Position numbers and translations under genes: made by a program. The notes beneath the pieces were generated by a model, which did no database searches, had not been told where the DNA came from, and saw only the letters and a list, made by a program, of their open reading frames with translations. This document shows, one piece after another, positions 8,488 through 19,459 of a DNA stretch of 64,000 bases. Source of the stretch: an uncultured delta proteobacterium (GTDB lineage: Bacteria; Myxococcota_A; UBA9160; SMWR01); NCBI GenBank assembly GCA_963832165.1, contig CAWHTE010000007.1, positions 576,001-640,000 on the forward strand, written 5' to 3'. Positions within the stretch are counted from its first letter, which is position 1. Each line of letters begins with the position of its first letter.

Positions 8488-10736
8488 TCACGCGGGTGAT
8501 ACCTGAACGGGGATCCCGTTCACGATCGCATTGCCCGACAACACGTCCACGAGCTCACCCGGCGCGATCGCGTTGTTGCACACGCCTGCGTGCTTCGACG
8601 CCACGGCGGTCCGTGTGCCGGGCTTGTCGTGGCCCCAGCCGTGCGGCAGGCACACCACGCCCGGCCGCATCTCGTCGCTCACCTCCACGGGCGCGACGAT
8701 GCTGCCCGCGCGCGAGGTGATCCGCGCGCGACTTGCCGTGCACGAGCCCGGCCGCGCGGGCGTCGTCGGGGTGCACGAGCAGCGTGCAGCGGTCCTTGCC
8801 CGTCACGAGCGACGGCGCGTTGTGCATCCACGAGTTGTTCGAGCGCAGGTGGCGCCGCGACACGAGCACGAGCCCCTCGTCGCGGCGCGCGAGGCGCGCG
8901 CGCAGCCGCGCGACGTCGCCCGTGATGTAGGGAGGCGCGAGCTCGATCTTGCGCGACGGCGTCTTGAGCAGGCCGGGCAGGCGCGGCTCGAGCGGACCCA
9001 TGTCGATCCCGTTCGGCTGCGCGGCCAGCTTCTCGAGTGTCAGGCCATCGGGCTTCTGGCCGTAGGCATCGCCCCAGGGACCCGTGCGGATCGCGAAGTC
9101 GAGCATGCGCTTCGGGCCCGGGTGCGCCCGACTGCGCGACGATCTCGCCCGGATCGCGCCCGGCGATCGGGGAGGTCGGATCCGACGCCGTCAGCGCGAC
9201 GATGCCCGCGAAGAACAGCTGATCGATCGCCTCGACGTTCACGTCCGCGGCCTTCTGGCCCTGCAGGATCGCCGCGAGCATCAAGCAGGATCTGCCACTC
9301 CGCGGGGCGCTCCGGCTCGGGGTCGAACACGGGCGGCGAGTACTTGCCCGCGTTGCGCACCGCCCAGCCCCAGATCAGCTCGTCGTAGTGCGGCTGCTCG
9401 AGCACCGACGAGCCGGGCAGGATCACGTGCGCGTGCCGCGTCGTCTCGTTCAACCAGTTGTCGAGGCTGATCATGCACTCGAGCGCGGGCAGCGCCGCGT
9501 CGAGCTTGGCGGAGTCGGGCGCGGAGAGCACGGGATTGCCCGCGATCGTGATCAGCGCCTTGATCTGGCCGTCACCCGGCGTCGCGATCTCCTCGGCGAG
9601 ACACGAGATCGGCACCTGGCCCAGCACCTCGGGCGCGCCGCGCACGCGGCTGCGCCAGCGCCCGAACTCGAAGCCGTTTGCGAACTCGGGCGGGGTCAGG
9701 TTCGCGAGCGACCACGCGATCGGGTTCGAGAACATCGAGCCGCCCTCGCGGTCGAGGTTGCCCGTGAGCACGTTGATCACGTCGACGAGCCACGACGCGA
9801 GCGTGCCGAACTCCTGATTACAGGTACCGATGCGGCCGTACACCGCCGAACGCGGCGCGTCGGAGAGCTCGCGCGCGAGCTGGCGGATCGCATCGGCCGC
9901 GATCCCGCAGGTCTCCGCGACCGCCTCGGGCGTGAAGTCGCGACAGAGCTCGCTTCACCTCGTCGATGCCGTTCGTGAACGCGGCGAGCCGGCCCGGGCG
10001 GACGCGGCCCTCCTCGAATAGCACCTGCGCCACGGCGAGCAGCAGCGCCGCGTCGGTGCCCGGGCGGATCGGGAGCCACTCGTCGGCGTGCTGCGCGGTG
10101 CCGGTGCGGCGCGGATCGATCACCACCACCTTTCCGCCGCGCGCGCGGATCGCGTCGAGGCGGGAGAGCAGGTCAGGGGCGGCGAGCAGGCTGCCCTGCG
10201 ACGCGTGCGGGTTCGCGCCCATCACGACGAGGTAGTCGGTGCGGTCGAGGTCCGGGATCGGGAACGTCCACATCCCGCCGAACAAGAGCGCCGACGAGAC
10301 GTTCTTCGGCCACTGGTCGACGGTGCCCGCGGAGTAGAGGCGCTGGATGCCCGACATCGGCGCGAACGCGGCCACGTAACGCGACAGCGAGAAGTTGTGC
10401 GCGGTGGGGTTGCCGATGTAGACCGTGACCGCATCGATACCGTTCGACTCGATCACCGCGCGCAGGCGGCGCTCGACCTCGGCGAACGCTTCGTCCCAGG
10501 TCACCTCGTGGAACGTGTCCGCCACGGCGCACGAGCGGAGCGCGCAGGCGGTCGGGGTCGTGGTGGAGCTCGCCGAGTGCGGTGCCCTTCGGGCAGATGT
10601 AGCCCTTGCTCCACACGTCGTGCTTGTTGGCGCGGATCTTCTCGACCCGGCCGCCTTCGACGGTGATCTCGAGCCCGCACATCGCTTCGCAGAGCGGGCA
10701 GGTATGGATGTGAACTCCGTCGCGGGTCTGGCTCAT
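8488..10736 (-). CDS. Molybdopterin-dependent oxidoreductase (MopB superfamily), split by about 5 frameshifts
   Basis: CPLCEAMCG...CPKG 4Fe-4S motif, SAGTVDQ, GANPHASQGS, DPRRTGTA, GNLDREGG, NETTRHAHVILP, RSNNSWMHN, PGVVCLPHGWG across successive frames. Confidence 0.88.
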
Positions 10737-10809
10737 TCTGCGTTCCTCTGGAGGATCGGGCGTGCCATGATTGCCCTGATTCTAAACGAAGGCGATCGGA
10801 GGTGGAGAC

Positions 10810-12063
10810 GTGGAGCGACGCGACTTCCTGAAGGCGCTCGGAATGGCCAGCGGACTCGCCGCGCTCGGCTGCCAGCACGGCGCTGCGCAGGCGCAGGCGG
10901 AAGCGCCGCCCGACCCGACTCCGGTCGCTCCGCCGGGGCTGCTCGGCACGGAGAGCCGCAAGGCGTGGGGCGAGCTGCTCGCGCTGCTCGCCGACGCGGA
11001 CGAGCGCTACCTCGGCAAGGACTGGAACATCGAGCGGCCCGGCGACATCGCGGACGGCCATCGCTTCCTGATGCACGTGCTGCACTCGGGCATGGAGCAG
11101 TGGCTCGAGGCCGACCCGCTGCGCCCGCGCGCGGTGCGCTTCGTGACGCCCACGCTCAAGCTGCTCGGCGACAACCCCGACGCGATCTACTTCACGGCGC
11201 CGCTCGATCCGAAGCACCGCTACCGCGTGCGCGGCAACACGGGCGGCGCTGTCTACACGTCGCTCACGATCGAGGGCGGCAACGCGGACGGGCACTATCC
11301 CAAGCGAGTCGCGGGCGCGCTCAACGACACGCAGTTCGACGTGAAGCGCGACGGGTCGTTCGAAGTGGTGCTAGGCCCGAACGAGAAGGGCCGCAATCGC
11401 CTCGCGCTCGAGCCCGATGCGGGCACGCTCACCACGCGCCACTACTTCGAGACGCTGAATTCGGCGGCTGCGGATCCCAACCCGAAAGTGCGCCTCTCCG
11501 TGGAGCCTTTGGAGAACCCGGGCCCGCCGCTGTCGCCGAACGACCTGAGCATCGCCACGGGCATCCGCCGCGTTGCGAACTACTTCAAGGCCGCGACGCT
11601 CGATCAGCCGCCGATGGACCCGGCCAAGTCGCCGCCCTGGGTTTCGCGGATTCCGAACGAGTTCAAGGCGCCGATGAAGTGGCAGCCCGCCGAGGGCGGC
11701 TTCGGCGCCGTCGACAACGCGTACTCGATGGCGCCCTATCTCGTGCCGCCGGACCAGGCGCTCGTGATCGAGGGGCGATGGCCCAAGAAGGCGCGCTTCG
11801 CGAACGTCGTGCTCTGGAACCGCTTCATGCAGACCTACGACTACGCGCACCGGCGCGTGTCGCTGAACCGCAAGCAGACCAAGCTCGAGCGCGATGGCAG
11901 CTTCCGGATCGTGATCGCGCACAGCGATCCGGGCCTGCCGAACTGGATCGACGCGGAGAACCGCATGACGGGTCTCGTGTTCTGGCGCTTCCAGCTGCCC
12001 GAAGAAGAGGTCGCGGCGCCGGTCGGCAAGCTCGTCCCGCTCGCGTCGCTGCGCGTGGCCTGA
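10810..12063 (+). CDS. Tat-exported DUF1214-domain lipoprotein
   Basis: RRDFLK twin-arginine signal, LAALGC lipobox, GDNPDAIY, DGSFRIVIAHSDPGLPNWID. Confidence 0.8.
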   Translation: MERRDFLKALGMASGLAALGCQHGAAQAQAEAPPDPTPVAPPGLLGTESRKAWGELLALLADADERYLGKDWNIERPGDIADGHRFLMHVLHSGMEQWLEADPLRPRAVRFVTPTLKLLGDNPDAIYFTAPLDPKHRYRVRGNTGGAVYTSLTIEGGNADGHYPKRVAGALNDTQFDVKRDGSFEVVLGPNEKGRNRLALEPDAGTLTTRHYFETLNSAAADPNPKVRLSVEPLENPGPPLSPNDLSIATGIRRVANYFKAATLDQPPMDPAKSPPWVSRIPNEFKAPMKWQPAEGGFGAVDNAYSMAPYLVPPDQALVIEGRWPKKARFANVVLWNRFMQTYDYAHRRVSLNRKQTKLERDGSFRIVIAHSDPGLPNWIDAENRMTGLVFWRFQLPEEEVAAPVGKLVPLASLRVA

Positions 12064-12070
12064 TCCGCCA

Positions 12071-14069
12071 TCACGGCCGCACGATGGCGAAGTTCGGATC
12101 GGGCGCGGAGAGCAGCGAGAAGAAGCGCAGCAGATCCGTGCGGCTGCCGTCGACTTCGATGTCGTCCGAGAACACGAGGTCGCGCAGACCCGCCTGTCCC
12201 GTCGCGAGCTTCAGCCAGAAGTCCTTCGTGAGCCGCACCGTGACGTCGGGTTTCGTCTCCACGCGCTTCTCGACGAGCTTGCGGTGGTGCAGCACCGAGT
12301 TCTCGATCCAGAGCCGGTGTGTCTCGCCCAGGTCCGTGAACACGAAATCGAGCGCGAGCGCGACGCCGTTCGCTTCGGGACCGTCGAGGCGCGCCGCCAT
12401 CGCGTCGAAGAAGCGCTCGATCGGCGTGTAGCGGAGCAGCTGCGACGCGCCGGAGAGCCGCGCGCCGTCCTCCGGCTCGCCGTGGCGCAGCTCGTAGGCA
12501 CCCGTGAGGTACACATCGCGCCACGGGCCCGACTCGGCGCGGTAGCCGAGCTGGTCGTAGCAGCGCGCGAGCAGCTCGCGCGCAGCCTTGTTGTTGGGCT
12601 CCGCGAACACGAGGTGATCGAGCACGGTCGCGGCCCAGCGATAGTCGCCCGCGTCGTAGGAGGCCTGCGCCTTGGCGAGCACCGCCGCACCGCCGCCCAT
12701 GAACTCGACGTACTTCGCGCCCGCCTGCTCGGGCGGCAGCGGGTCGAGGTTGGCGGGGTTGGCGTCGTACCAGCCGAAATACCACTGGTACACCGCCTTC
12801 GCGTTGTGGCGCACGGTGCCGTAGTAGCCGCGGTTCGCGAACGAGGGCTGCAGCGACTCGGGCAGCTCGAGCTGCTCGGCGATCTCGCGCGGCGTGGCCC
12901 CCGAGCTCGCGAGCCGCAGCGTCTGGTCGTGGATGTACTTGTAGGTGTCGCGCTGCTTGGCGAGATAGTCGCGGATCCGCTCGTTGCCCCACATCGGCCA
13001 GCTGTGGCTCGCGAACATGAGCTCGGCATCTCCGAAGCGTTGGATCGCGTCGTCGATGTAGCCGCTCCAGCGCAGTGCGTCGCGCACCTTCGCTCCGCGC
13101 AGCGTGTAGAGGTTGTGCATCGTGTGCGAGACGATCTCGGCGCCGCAGAACGCCTTGCGCTCCGGCAGGTAGAACGTCATCTCCGCGGGCGCCTCGGAAT
13201 CGGGCGTGTACTGGAACACGAAGATCACGCCGTCGATCACGAGCTCGGTCGGCGTCTCGCTCACGAGATGGGTCGGCACCGCGAGGCCCACCGTTCCGTA
13301 GGCGGGTGCCTTGCCGAGCCCGGTGTCGACGTGCCCGCGCACGCCGCGCGGCAGGTTGCTGCCGTACATGAATTGCGCGCGCCGCAGCATCGTGACGCCC
13401 GCGAGCACGTTCTCGCTCGCGGCCTCCTCGAGGAAGCGGACCGGCGCCACCACCATGATCTTCTGCGCGGCGATCTGCTCGACCGGGATCACGCCCTCGA
13501 TCCCGCCGAAGTGGTCGATGTGGCTATGCGTGAAGATCACCGCGCGGATCGGCTTCACCCCGAGCTTGCTCTCGACGAGCTTCCACGCTGCCGCCGCGGT
13601 CTCGCGTGCGGTGAGCGGGTCGACCACGATCCGGCCGGTCTGGCCCTCGATGATCGTCATGTTCGAAACGTCGTAGCCGCGCACCTGGTAGATGCCGCTT
13701 CCCACCTCGAACAGCCCGTGCAGATCGTTGAGCTTGGCCTGGCGCCAGAGGCTCGGGTTCACGCTCGCGGGCGGGTCGCCGTCGAGGAACTCGTACGCGG
13801 TCGTATCCCAGACCGTCGCGCCCGACGCGCTCTTGATCACGAGACCCGGCTCGCTCGCGATGAGTCCGCGCTGCGCGTCATCGAAGTCGGTCTGGTCGGC
13901 GAGCGGCAGCTTCTCGAACACGGCGTTCGCGGCGCGCGTCGCTTCGCTCGCGGGCGTGGCGCCCGCCGCGTCGGGTGCGCCGTCCGCGGCAGGCGGCGCG
14001 GTCGAGCGAGTCGCAGGCAGCCGCGGCGAATGCAGCGGTTGCGGCGATGTGAATCCAGCGGTTCGTCAT
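12071..14069 (-). CDS. Alkyl/aryl sulfatase (SdsA1/BDS1-like MBL fold, dimerisation and SCP2 domains); lipoprotein signal; frameshift near 14000
   Basis: VNPSLWRQAKLN, YQVRGYD, THSHIDHFGG, EAPAEM, HNLYTLRGAKVRD, RGYYG; N-terminus MTNRWIHIAATAAFAAAAC lies in another frame. Confidence 0.92.
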
Positions 14070-14848
14070 GACGGCTTCCTGAAATTCGGCTTGCGCTTGG
14101 CTTTGAGCGCAGCGACGCCTTCCTTCGACTCGTCGGTGCCGTAGTAGAGCGCGACGGCCTGGAACGCCATGCCCGTGAGCCCGCGAATGCTCTCGGTGTC
14201 GGCGTTGAACGACGTCTTCGCGAGTGCGATCGCGGTGGGGCTGCGCTCGGCGAGCTCCGCGCACCACTCGGCGACGCCCGCGTCGAGCTGGTCGTCGGGG
14301 AACACGGCATTCACGAGACCCATCGCGAGCGCCTCGGCGGCGCTGTAGCGGCGGCACAGGTACCACATCTCGCGCGCCTTCTTCTCGCCGACGACGCGCG
14401 CGAGATAGGCGGTGCCGAAGCCGGGGTCGACCGAGCCCATCTTCGGGCCGACCTGGCCGAAGATCGCCGACTCGGCCGCGAGCGTGAGGTCGCAGATCGT
14501 CGCGAGCACGTTGCCGCCGCCGATCGCATAACCGCGCACCTTCGCGATCACGGGCTTGGCGGCGTCGCGGATCGCCGTGTGCATCTCCTCCACGGCCATG
14601 CCCACCGGTCCGCGCCCGCCCGCGTAGGTGCCGTCGTGGTCGGACTGGTCGCCGCCCGTGCAGAACGCGCGCTCGCCCGCACCCGTGAGCACGATCACGC
14701 CCACGTCGCGGTCGTAGCCCGCGTCCTGGAACGCTTGGATCAGCTCGTCGCACGTGCGCGCGCGAAACGCGTTGAGCACTTTGGGCCGGTTGATCGTGAT
14801 CGTGGCGACGTGGTCCTTCACGTCGTAGAGGATGTCGGTGTACTCCAT
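14066..14848 (-). CDS. badI: 2-ketocyclohexanecarboxyl-CoA hydrolase (crotonase family, MenB-like)
   Basis: AFCTGGDQS.HDG, GYAIGGGNVLATICDLT, GQVGPKMGSVDPG, VGEKKARE, LYYGTDESKEG closely match BadI as I recall it. Confidence 0.85.
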   Translation of the reverse strand: MEYTDILYDVKDHVATITINRPKVLNAFRARTCDELIQAFQDAGYDRDVGVIVLTGAGERAFCTGGDQSDHDGTYAGGRGPVGMAVEEMHTAIRDAAKPVIAKVRGYAIGGGNVLATICDLTLAAESAIFGQVGPKMGSVDPGFGTAYLARVVGEKKAREMWYLCRRYSAAEALAMGLVNAVFPDDQLDAGVAEWCAELAERSPTAIALAKTSFNADTESIRGLTGMAFQAVALYYGTDESKEGVAALKAKRKPNFRKPS

Positions 14849-14869
14849 GACTCCGCCTGTCCTTGTTCG

Positions 14870-15634
14870 TCAGCCGTGCATCGTGAGGCCGCCCGACACG
14901 CTGATCGTCTGGCCCGTGATGAAGGCTGCCTCGTCGGAGAGCAGGAATGCGACGAGGCCCGGGTAGTCGGTCGGCTGCCCGAGCCGCCGCATCGGGATCG
15001 CGCGCTCGAGTGCCGCGGCGAGCTTGCCGCTCGCGTCGAAGCGCGCGAATAGCGGCGTGTCGGTGGGGCCCGGCGCAACCACGTTGATCGTGATGCCGTC
15101 GCGCGCGTGTTCGCGCGCGATCGACTTCGAGAACGCGGCGATCCCGCCCTTGCACGCCGCGTACACGGACTCGCCCGACGATCCCACGCGCCCCGAGTCG
15201 GAGGAGATCGAGACGATCCGGCCCGCGTGCGCCGCGGCCATCCGCCGCAGCACCGCGAGCGTCACGTGGAGCGGGCCGTAGAGGTTGATGTCGATCACCT
15301 GCCGCCACTCCTCGGAAGTGGTGTCGACGAAGTTCGCGGCGGCGTCCCAGCCCGCGCCGTTCACGAGCCCGCCGATCGCGCCCGCCTCGCGCTCGAACGC
15401 GGCCACCGCGTGCTCGACCGCGTCGCCATCGACGATGTCGACGGCGTAGGCGTAGGCGCGGCCGCCCGCGCGCGCGATCTCTGCGACGGTCTGCTTGGCG
15501 CCGGCCTCGTCGCGGTCGAGGGCGCCCACCACGGCGCGCTCCTCGCCGAGCCGCAGCGCGATCGCCTTCGCGATTCCGCTCGCGGCGCCCGTCACGAGCA
15601 CGTTCTTGCCGGCGAGTCCGATGAAGCCAGGCAC
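14870..15634 (-). CDS. badH: 2-hydroxycyclohexanecarboxyl-CoA dehydrogenase (SDR)
   Basis: NGAGWD, SDSGRVGSSGESVYAACKGG, AREHAR, PGPTDT, SVSGGLTMHG; adjacent to badI. Confidence 0.8.
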   Translation of the reverse strand: MPGFIGLAGKNVLVTGAASGIAKAIALRLGEERAVVGALDRDEAGAKQTVAEIARAGGRAYAYAVDIVDGDAVEHAVAAFEREAGAIGGLVNGAGWDAAANFVDTTSEEWRQVIDINLYGPLHVTLAVLRRMAAAHAGRIVSISSDSGRVGSSGESVYAACKGGIAAFSKSIAREHARDGITINVVAPGPTDTPLFARFDASGKLAAALERAIPMRRLGQPTDYPGLVAFLLSDEAAFITGQTISVSGGLTMHG

Positions 15635-15673
15635 GCGGGCATTCTACTCGTGGCGCGAGTAAAGTGCGGCGCC

Positions 15674-17641
15674 ATGCGATCCGGGGTCGTTCACTACGTC
15701 GCGGCCGCCGCGCTGCTCGCGGCGGCGTGCACCCCGGGTCCGCTCGACTTCTCGGGCCCGACCGCGGACTGGCCCGAGTACGCGGGCGACAAGGGTGGCC
15801 TCCACTACTCGCCGCTCACCCAGGTGACGCGCGCGAACGTGGGCCGCCTCGAACTGGCCTGGAGCCACCGCACCGGCGACTTCAGCCCGGGCACCGCCGA
15901 GAGCGCTCCCACATCGCTCCAGGTGACGCCGCTGGTCGTGAACGACACGCTCTACTACTGCACGCCCCACATGCGCGTGTTCGCGCTCGACCCCGAGACA
16001 GGAGCCGAGCGCTGGGTGTTCGATCCCGAGCTGCGCCACAAGAAGCCCGGCGGACCGTACCCGCTGACGTGCCGCGGTGTCGCCTATTGGGAGGACGAGG
16101 CGGCCGCGGGCCAGGCGTGCTCGCAAAGGCTGCTCTACGGAACGCGCGACTCGGAGCTGATCGCGCTCGACGCCGACACGGGCAAGCCGTGCGAAGACTT
16201 CGGCACGAACGGCCGCGTCGCGCTGCGCGAGGGGATCGGCGGCTCGGTTGCCGATTGGGAGTACTACCCGACCTCGCCCCCGCTCGTGATCGGCGACACG
16301 GTGGTGCTAGGCGCGCTCGTGGCAGATCAGCTCAAGACCGACGCGCCCTCGGGCGTCGTGCGCGCGTTCGACGTGCGCAGCGGGCGCCTCGTGTGGGCGT
16401 GGGATCCGGTGCCGCCGGGCTGGAAGCCCGATCCGCTCGTGGAAGGTGAGCTGTATCAGCGCGGCACGCCGAACGTGTGGGCGCCGCTCTCGGGTGATCC
16501 CGAGCGCGGGCTCGTATTCGTGCCGACCGGCAATCCGTCGCCCGACAGCTTCGGCGGCCTGCGGCGCGGCATCGACCACTACGGCAGCTCGACGATCGCA
16601 CTCGATGTGAAGACCGGGCGCGTCGTCTGGCACTTCCAGGAAGTGCATCACGACATCTGGGACTACGACACGCCCGCGCAGCCGCAGCTCTTCCAGCACC
16701 CGAAGGTGGGCGGCGGGCGGCCCGCCGTGATCCAGCCGACCAAGGTCGGCCACGTGTTCGTTCTCGACCGGGAGACCGGCGCTCCGCTCTACCCGGTCGA
16801 GGAGCGGCCGGTGCCGCAGGACGGCGCGCCCGGTGAGATGCTCGCACCGACGCAGCCGTTCCCGACCCACCCCGCGCCGCTGCATCCGAGCGAGCTCACG
16901 CCCGAGAACATGTTCGGCTTCACGCCCTGGGACACGAGGTCGTGTCGCGAGCAGCTCGCGCGCTACCGCTACGACGGCCCGTTCACGCCGCCCACGCTCG
17001 AGGGCTCGATCCAGATGCCGGCCACGCTAGGCGGCATGAACTGGGGCGGTGTCGCGCTCGATCCGCAGAGCGGGCTCATGGTCGCCTACCAGTCGCATCT
17101 CGCGATCGTGACGAAGCTCGTGCCGCGCGCGGAGTTCGACGCGATACCGCAGGGCTCGGTGGTCTATCCCACCGAGGCCTATCCGATGCACGGCACGCCC
17201 TATGGCGTGATCCGGAGCCCGCTCTTCTCGAGCTTCGGCGCGCCGTGCAGCCCGCCACCCTGGGGCTCGCTCACGGGCGTGGACCTCGTCACGGGCGAAG
17301 TGCGTTGGCGCGTGCCGCTCGGCACGATCCGCGATCAGGCGCCGTTCCCGATCTGGGCGATCCCGGGCTTCCGCCACCTCGGCTCGCCGGTCTTCGCGGG
17401 CGGTCTGATCACGGCGGGTGGGGTCTACTTCATCGGAGGGACGAGCGACCGGTCCTTCCGAGCGTTCGACTCCGATACGGGCGCCGAGATCTGGAGCACG
17501 CGGATCCCGTACACGGGCAATGCGACGCCGATGAGCTACCGGCTGCGCCCCGATGCGCGGCAGTTCGTCGTGATCGCGGCGGGTGGCAATCCGCTCACGG
17601 GTCCTGGGGACGCATTGCTCGCGTTCGCATTGCGGGAATAG
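15674..17641 (+). CDS. PQQ-dependent dehydrogenase (glucose/quinate/shikimate family), lipoprotein-anchored
   Basis: LAAAC lipobox; YSPLTQV, CRGVAYW, SGVVRAFDV, PNVW, HHDIWDYD, EERPVP, GGMNWGG, PCSPPPWG. Confidence 0.9.
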   Translation: MRSGVVHYVAAAALLAAACTPGPLDFSGPTADWPEYAGDKGGLHYSPLTQVTRANVGRLELAWSHRTGDFSPGTAESAPTSLQVTPLVVNDTLYYCTPHMRVFALDPETGAERWVFDPELRHKKPGGPYPLTCRGVAYWEDEAAAGQACSQRLLYGTRDSELIALDADTGKPCEDFGTNGRVALREGIGGSVADWEYYPTSPPLVIGDTVVLGALVADQLKTDAPSGVVRAFDVRSGRLVWAWDPVPPGWKPDPLVEGELYQRGTPNVWAPLSGDPERGLVFVPTGNPSPDSFGGLRRGIDHYGSSTIALDVKTGRVVWHFQEVHHDIWDYDTPAQPQLFQHPKVGGGRPAVIQPTKVGHVFVLDRETGAPLYPVEERPVPQDGAPGEMLAPTQPFPTHPAPLHPSELTPENMFGFTPWDTRSCREQLARYRYDGPFTPPTLEGSIQMPATLGGMNWGGVALDPQSGLMVAYQSHLAIVTKLVPRAEFDAIPQGSVVYPTEAYPMHGTPYGVIRSPLFSSFGAPCSPPPWGSLTGVDLVTGEVRWRVPLGTIRDQAPFPIWAIPGFRHLGSPVFAGGLITAGGVYFIGGTSDRSFRAFDSDTGAEIWSTRIPYTGNATPMSYRLRPDARQFVVIAAGGNPLTGPGDALLAFALRE

Positions 17642-17666
17642 GGCGGGAAATCGACGCGATCCCGCC
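17638..17666 (+). repeat. REP-like palindrome (degenerate type A)
   Basis: aTAGGGCGGGA...TCCCGCC; its TAG is the PQQ gene stop. Confidence 0.5.
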
Positions 17667-17714
17667 GCTTCGCGTATCGCGATACGATGGAGCCCCCAAC
17701 GCGAGGAGCCCCCC

Positions 17715-18671
17715 TTGGCACCCAACCGCAACTTTGGCGCCGAGTCGACCGCTTCGGAGGTCGTCGCGGGCCTCGATCTCTCGAACCTCTCCGCGATCAT
17801 CACGGGTGGGTCGGGCGGTCTCGGCCTGGAAAGCGCACGCGCGCTCGCCGAGGGCGGCGCAAAAGTGACGCTCACGGCGCGCGACGTCGCGAAGGGCGAG
17901 GCCGCCGCGGAACAGATCCGCAAGTCGACCGGCAGCTCGCGCATCGACGTGATGGAGCTCGAGCTCATGTCGCTCGACAGCGTGCGCGCGTTCGCGAAGG
18001 AATACACCAAGCGCCACAAGAGCCTGAACGTGCTGCTCTGCAATGCGGGCGTGATGGCGTGCCCGCTCGCGCGCACGGCGCAGGGCTGGGAGAGCCAGTT
18101 CGCCACCAATCACATCGGACACTTCCTGCTCACGGGCCTGCTCACGCCGCTGCTCGTCGCGAGTGCGCCATCGCGCGTGATCTCGGTGAGCTCGCGCGGC
18201 CACCGCTTCTCGCCGGTCGTGTTCGAAGACATCCACTTCGAGCGCCGGCCGTACGACAAGTGGAGCGCCTACGGCCAGGCGAAGACCGCCAACGTGCTGT
18301 TCGCGGTCGAGCTCGACCGGCGGCTCGCCGATCGCCGCGTGCGCGCGAACGCGCTGCATCCGGGCGGGATCGTCACGGAGCTCGGTCGCCATCTATCCAA
18401 AGACGACATCGCGGAGCTGATGTCGCGCGCGCCGGGCGGGAAGATGCTCTGGAAGACGCCCGAGCAGGGCGCCGCGACCTCGGTGTGGGCCGCGACCGCG
18501 CCCGAGCTCGAGGGCAAGGGCGGCCTCTATCTCGACGACTGCCAGATCGCGTCGCTGCGCACCGGCGAAGACGATCCGGGAGGATACGAGGCGTACGCGC
18601 GCGACCCCGAAGCCGCGCGCCAGCTCTGGACCGTGTCGGAAGAGCTCGTGGGCGAGACGTTCGGCGCCTAG
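17715..18671 (+). CDS. SDR oxidoreductase (retinol dehydrogenase/WWOX-like)
   Basis: TGGSGGLG, NAGVMACP, QFATNHIGHF, YGQAK, LHPGGI, KTPEQGAAT; SD GAGGAG before TTG. Confidence 0.9.
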   Translation: MAPNRNFGAESTASEVVAGLDLSNLSAIITGGSGGLGLESARALAEGGAKVTLTARDVAKGEAAAEQIRKSTGSSRIDVMELELMSLDSVRAFAKEYTKRHKSLNVLLCNAGVMACPLARTAQGWESQFATNHIGHFLLTGLLTPLLVASAPSRVISVSSRGHRFSPVVFEDIHFERRPYDKWSAYGQAKTANVLFAVELDRRLADRRVRANALHPGGIVTELGRHLSKDDIAELMSRAPGGKMLWKTPEQGAATSVWAATAPELEGKGGLYLDDCQIASLRTGEDDPGGYEAYARDPEAARQLWTVSEELVGETFGA

Positions 18672-18692
18672 CAGCGCGCCGAAGGAGGAAGC

Positions 18693-19457
18693 ATGCCGGG
18701 ACGCGTGGAAGACAAGGTGGCGATCGTGACGGGCGCGGCTTCGGGCATCGGCCGCGGCACTGCCGAGGTGCTCGCGCACGAGGGCGCGCGCGTCGTGCTC
18801 ACGGACGTCAACGAGGAGCTCGGCCGCGAGGCCGCCAAGGCGATCGGCGGGGACGCCGCGTTCGTGCGCCACGACGTCGCTGACGAGGCGAGCTGGAGCT
18901 CGGTGATCGACGCCACGCTCGCGCGCTTCGGCCGGCTCGACGTGCTCGTGAACAACGCGGGCATCATCATCATCGCCGACATCGAGAGCACCACCGTCGA
19001 GCAGTATCGCAAGGTGATGGCCGTGAACGCCGAGGGCGTGTTCCTGGGCTGCAAGCACGCGATCCCGGTGATGCGCACGAGCGGCGGCGGCTCGATCATC
19101 AACATCTCGTCGGCGGCGGGCCTGATCGGCACGCCGCCGTTCGCGGCCTACAGCATGAGCAAGGGCGCGGTGCGGATCCTCACCAAGACCGTCGCGGCGC
19201 ACTGCCGCGACAAGGGCGACGGGATCCGCTGCAACTCGATCCATCCCGGCGGGATCGATACGCCGATGGTGGCTGCGATCACACGCTCGGGCCGCGCCAA
19301 CATCTCCGAAATCGAGGAGCTCCAGGCGCCGGGCCGCGCGATCGGCTACGGCCAGCCCACCGACATCGCCTACCTCGTGCTCTACCTCGCCTCCGATGAA
19401 TCGCGCTTCATGACCGGCGCCGAGCTCGCGATCGACGGCGGTCTCACGGCAGTCTGA
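18693..19457 (+). CDS. Classical SDR (hydroxysteroid/cyclic alcohol dehydrogenase-like)
   Basis: TGAASGIG, NNAG, YSMSK, NSIHPG, IDGG. Confidence 0.9.
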   Translation: MPGRVEDKVAIVTGAASGIGRGTAEVLAHEGARVVLTDVNEELGREAAKAIGGDAAFVRHDVADEASWSSVIDATLARFGRLDVLVNNAGIIIIADIESTTVEQYRKVMAVNAEGVFLGCKHAIPVMRTSGGGSIINISSAAGLIGTPPFAAYSMSKGAVRILTKTVAAHCRDKGDGIRCNSIHPGGIDTPMVAAITRSGRANISEIEELQAPGRAIGYGQPTDIAYLVLYLASDESRFMTGAELAIDGGLTAV

Positions 19458-19459
19458 GC

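Noticed and set aside
8488..10736. Selenocysteine or programmed recoding in the Mo-enzyme
   Set aside because: Breaks are frame changes rather than an in-frame TGA at the ligand position; no slippery sites noticed; the same pattern occurs across the window
14066..14848. menB (naphthoate synthase) call
   Set aside because: Motifs and the adjacent badH-like SDR fit BadI better; no other men genes nearby
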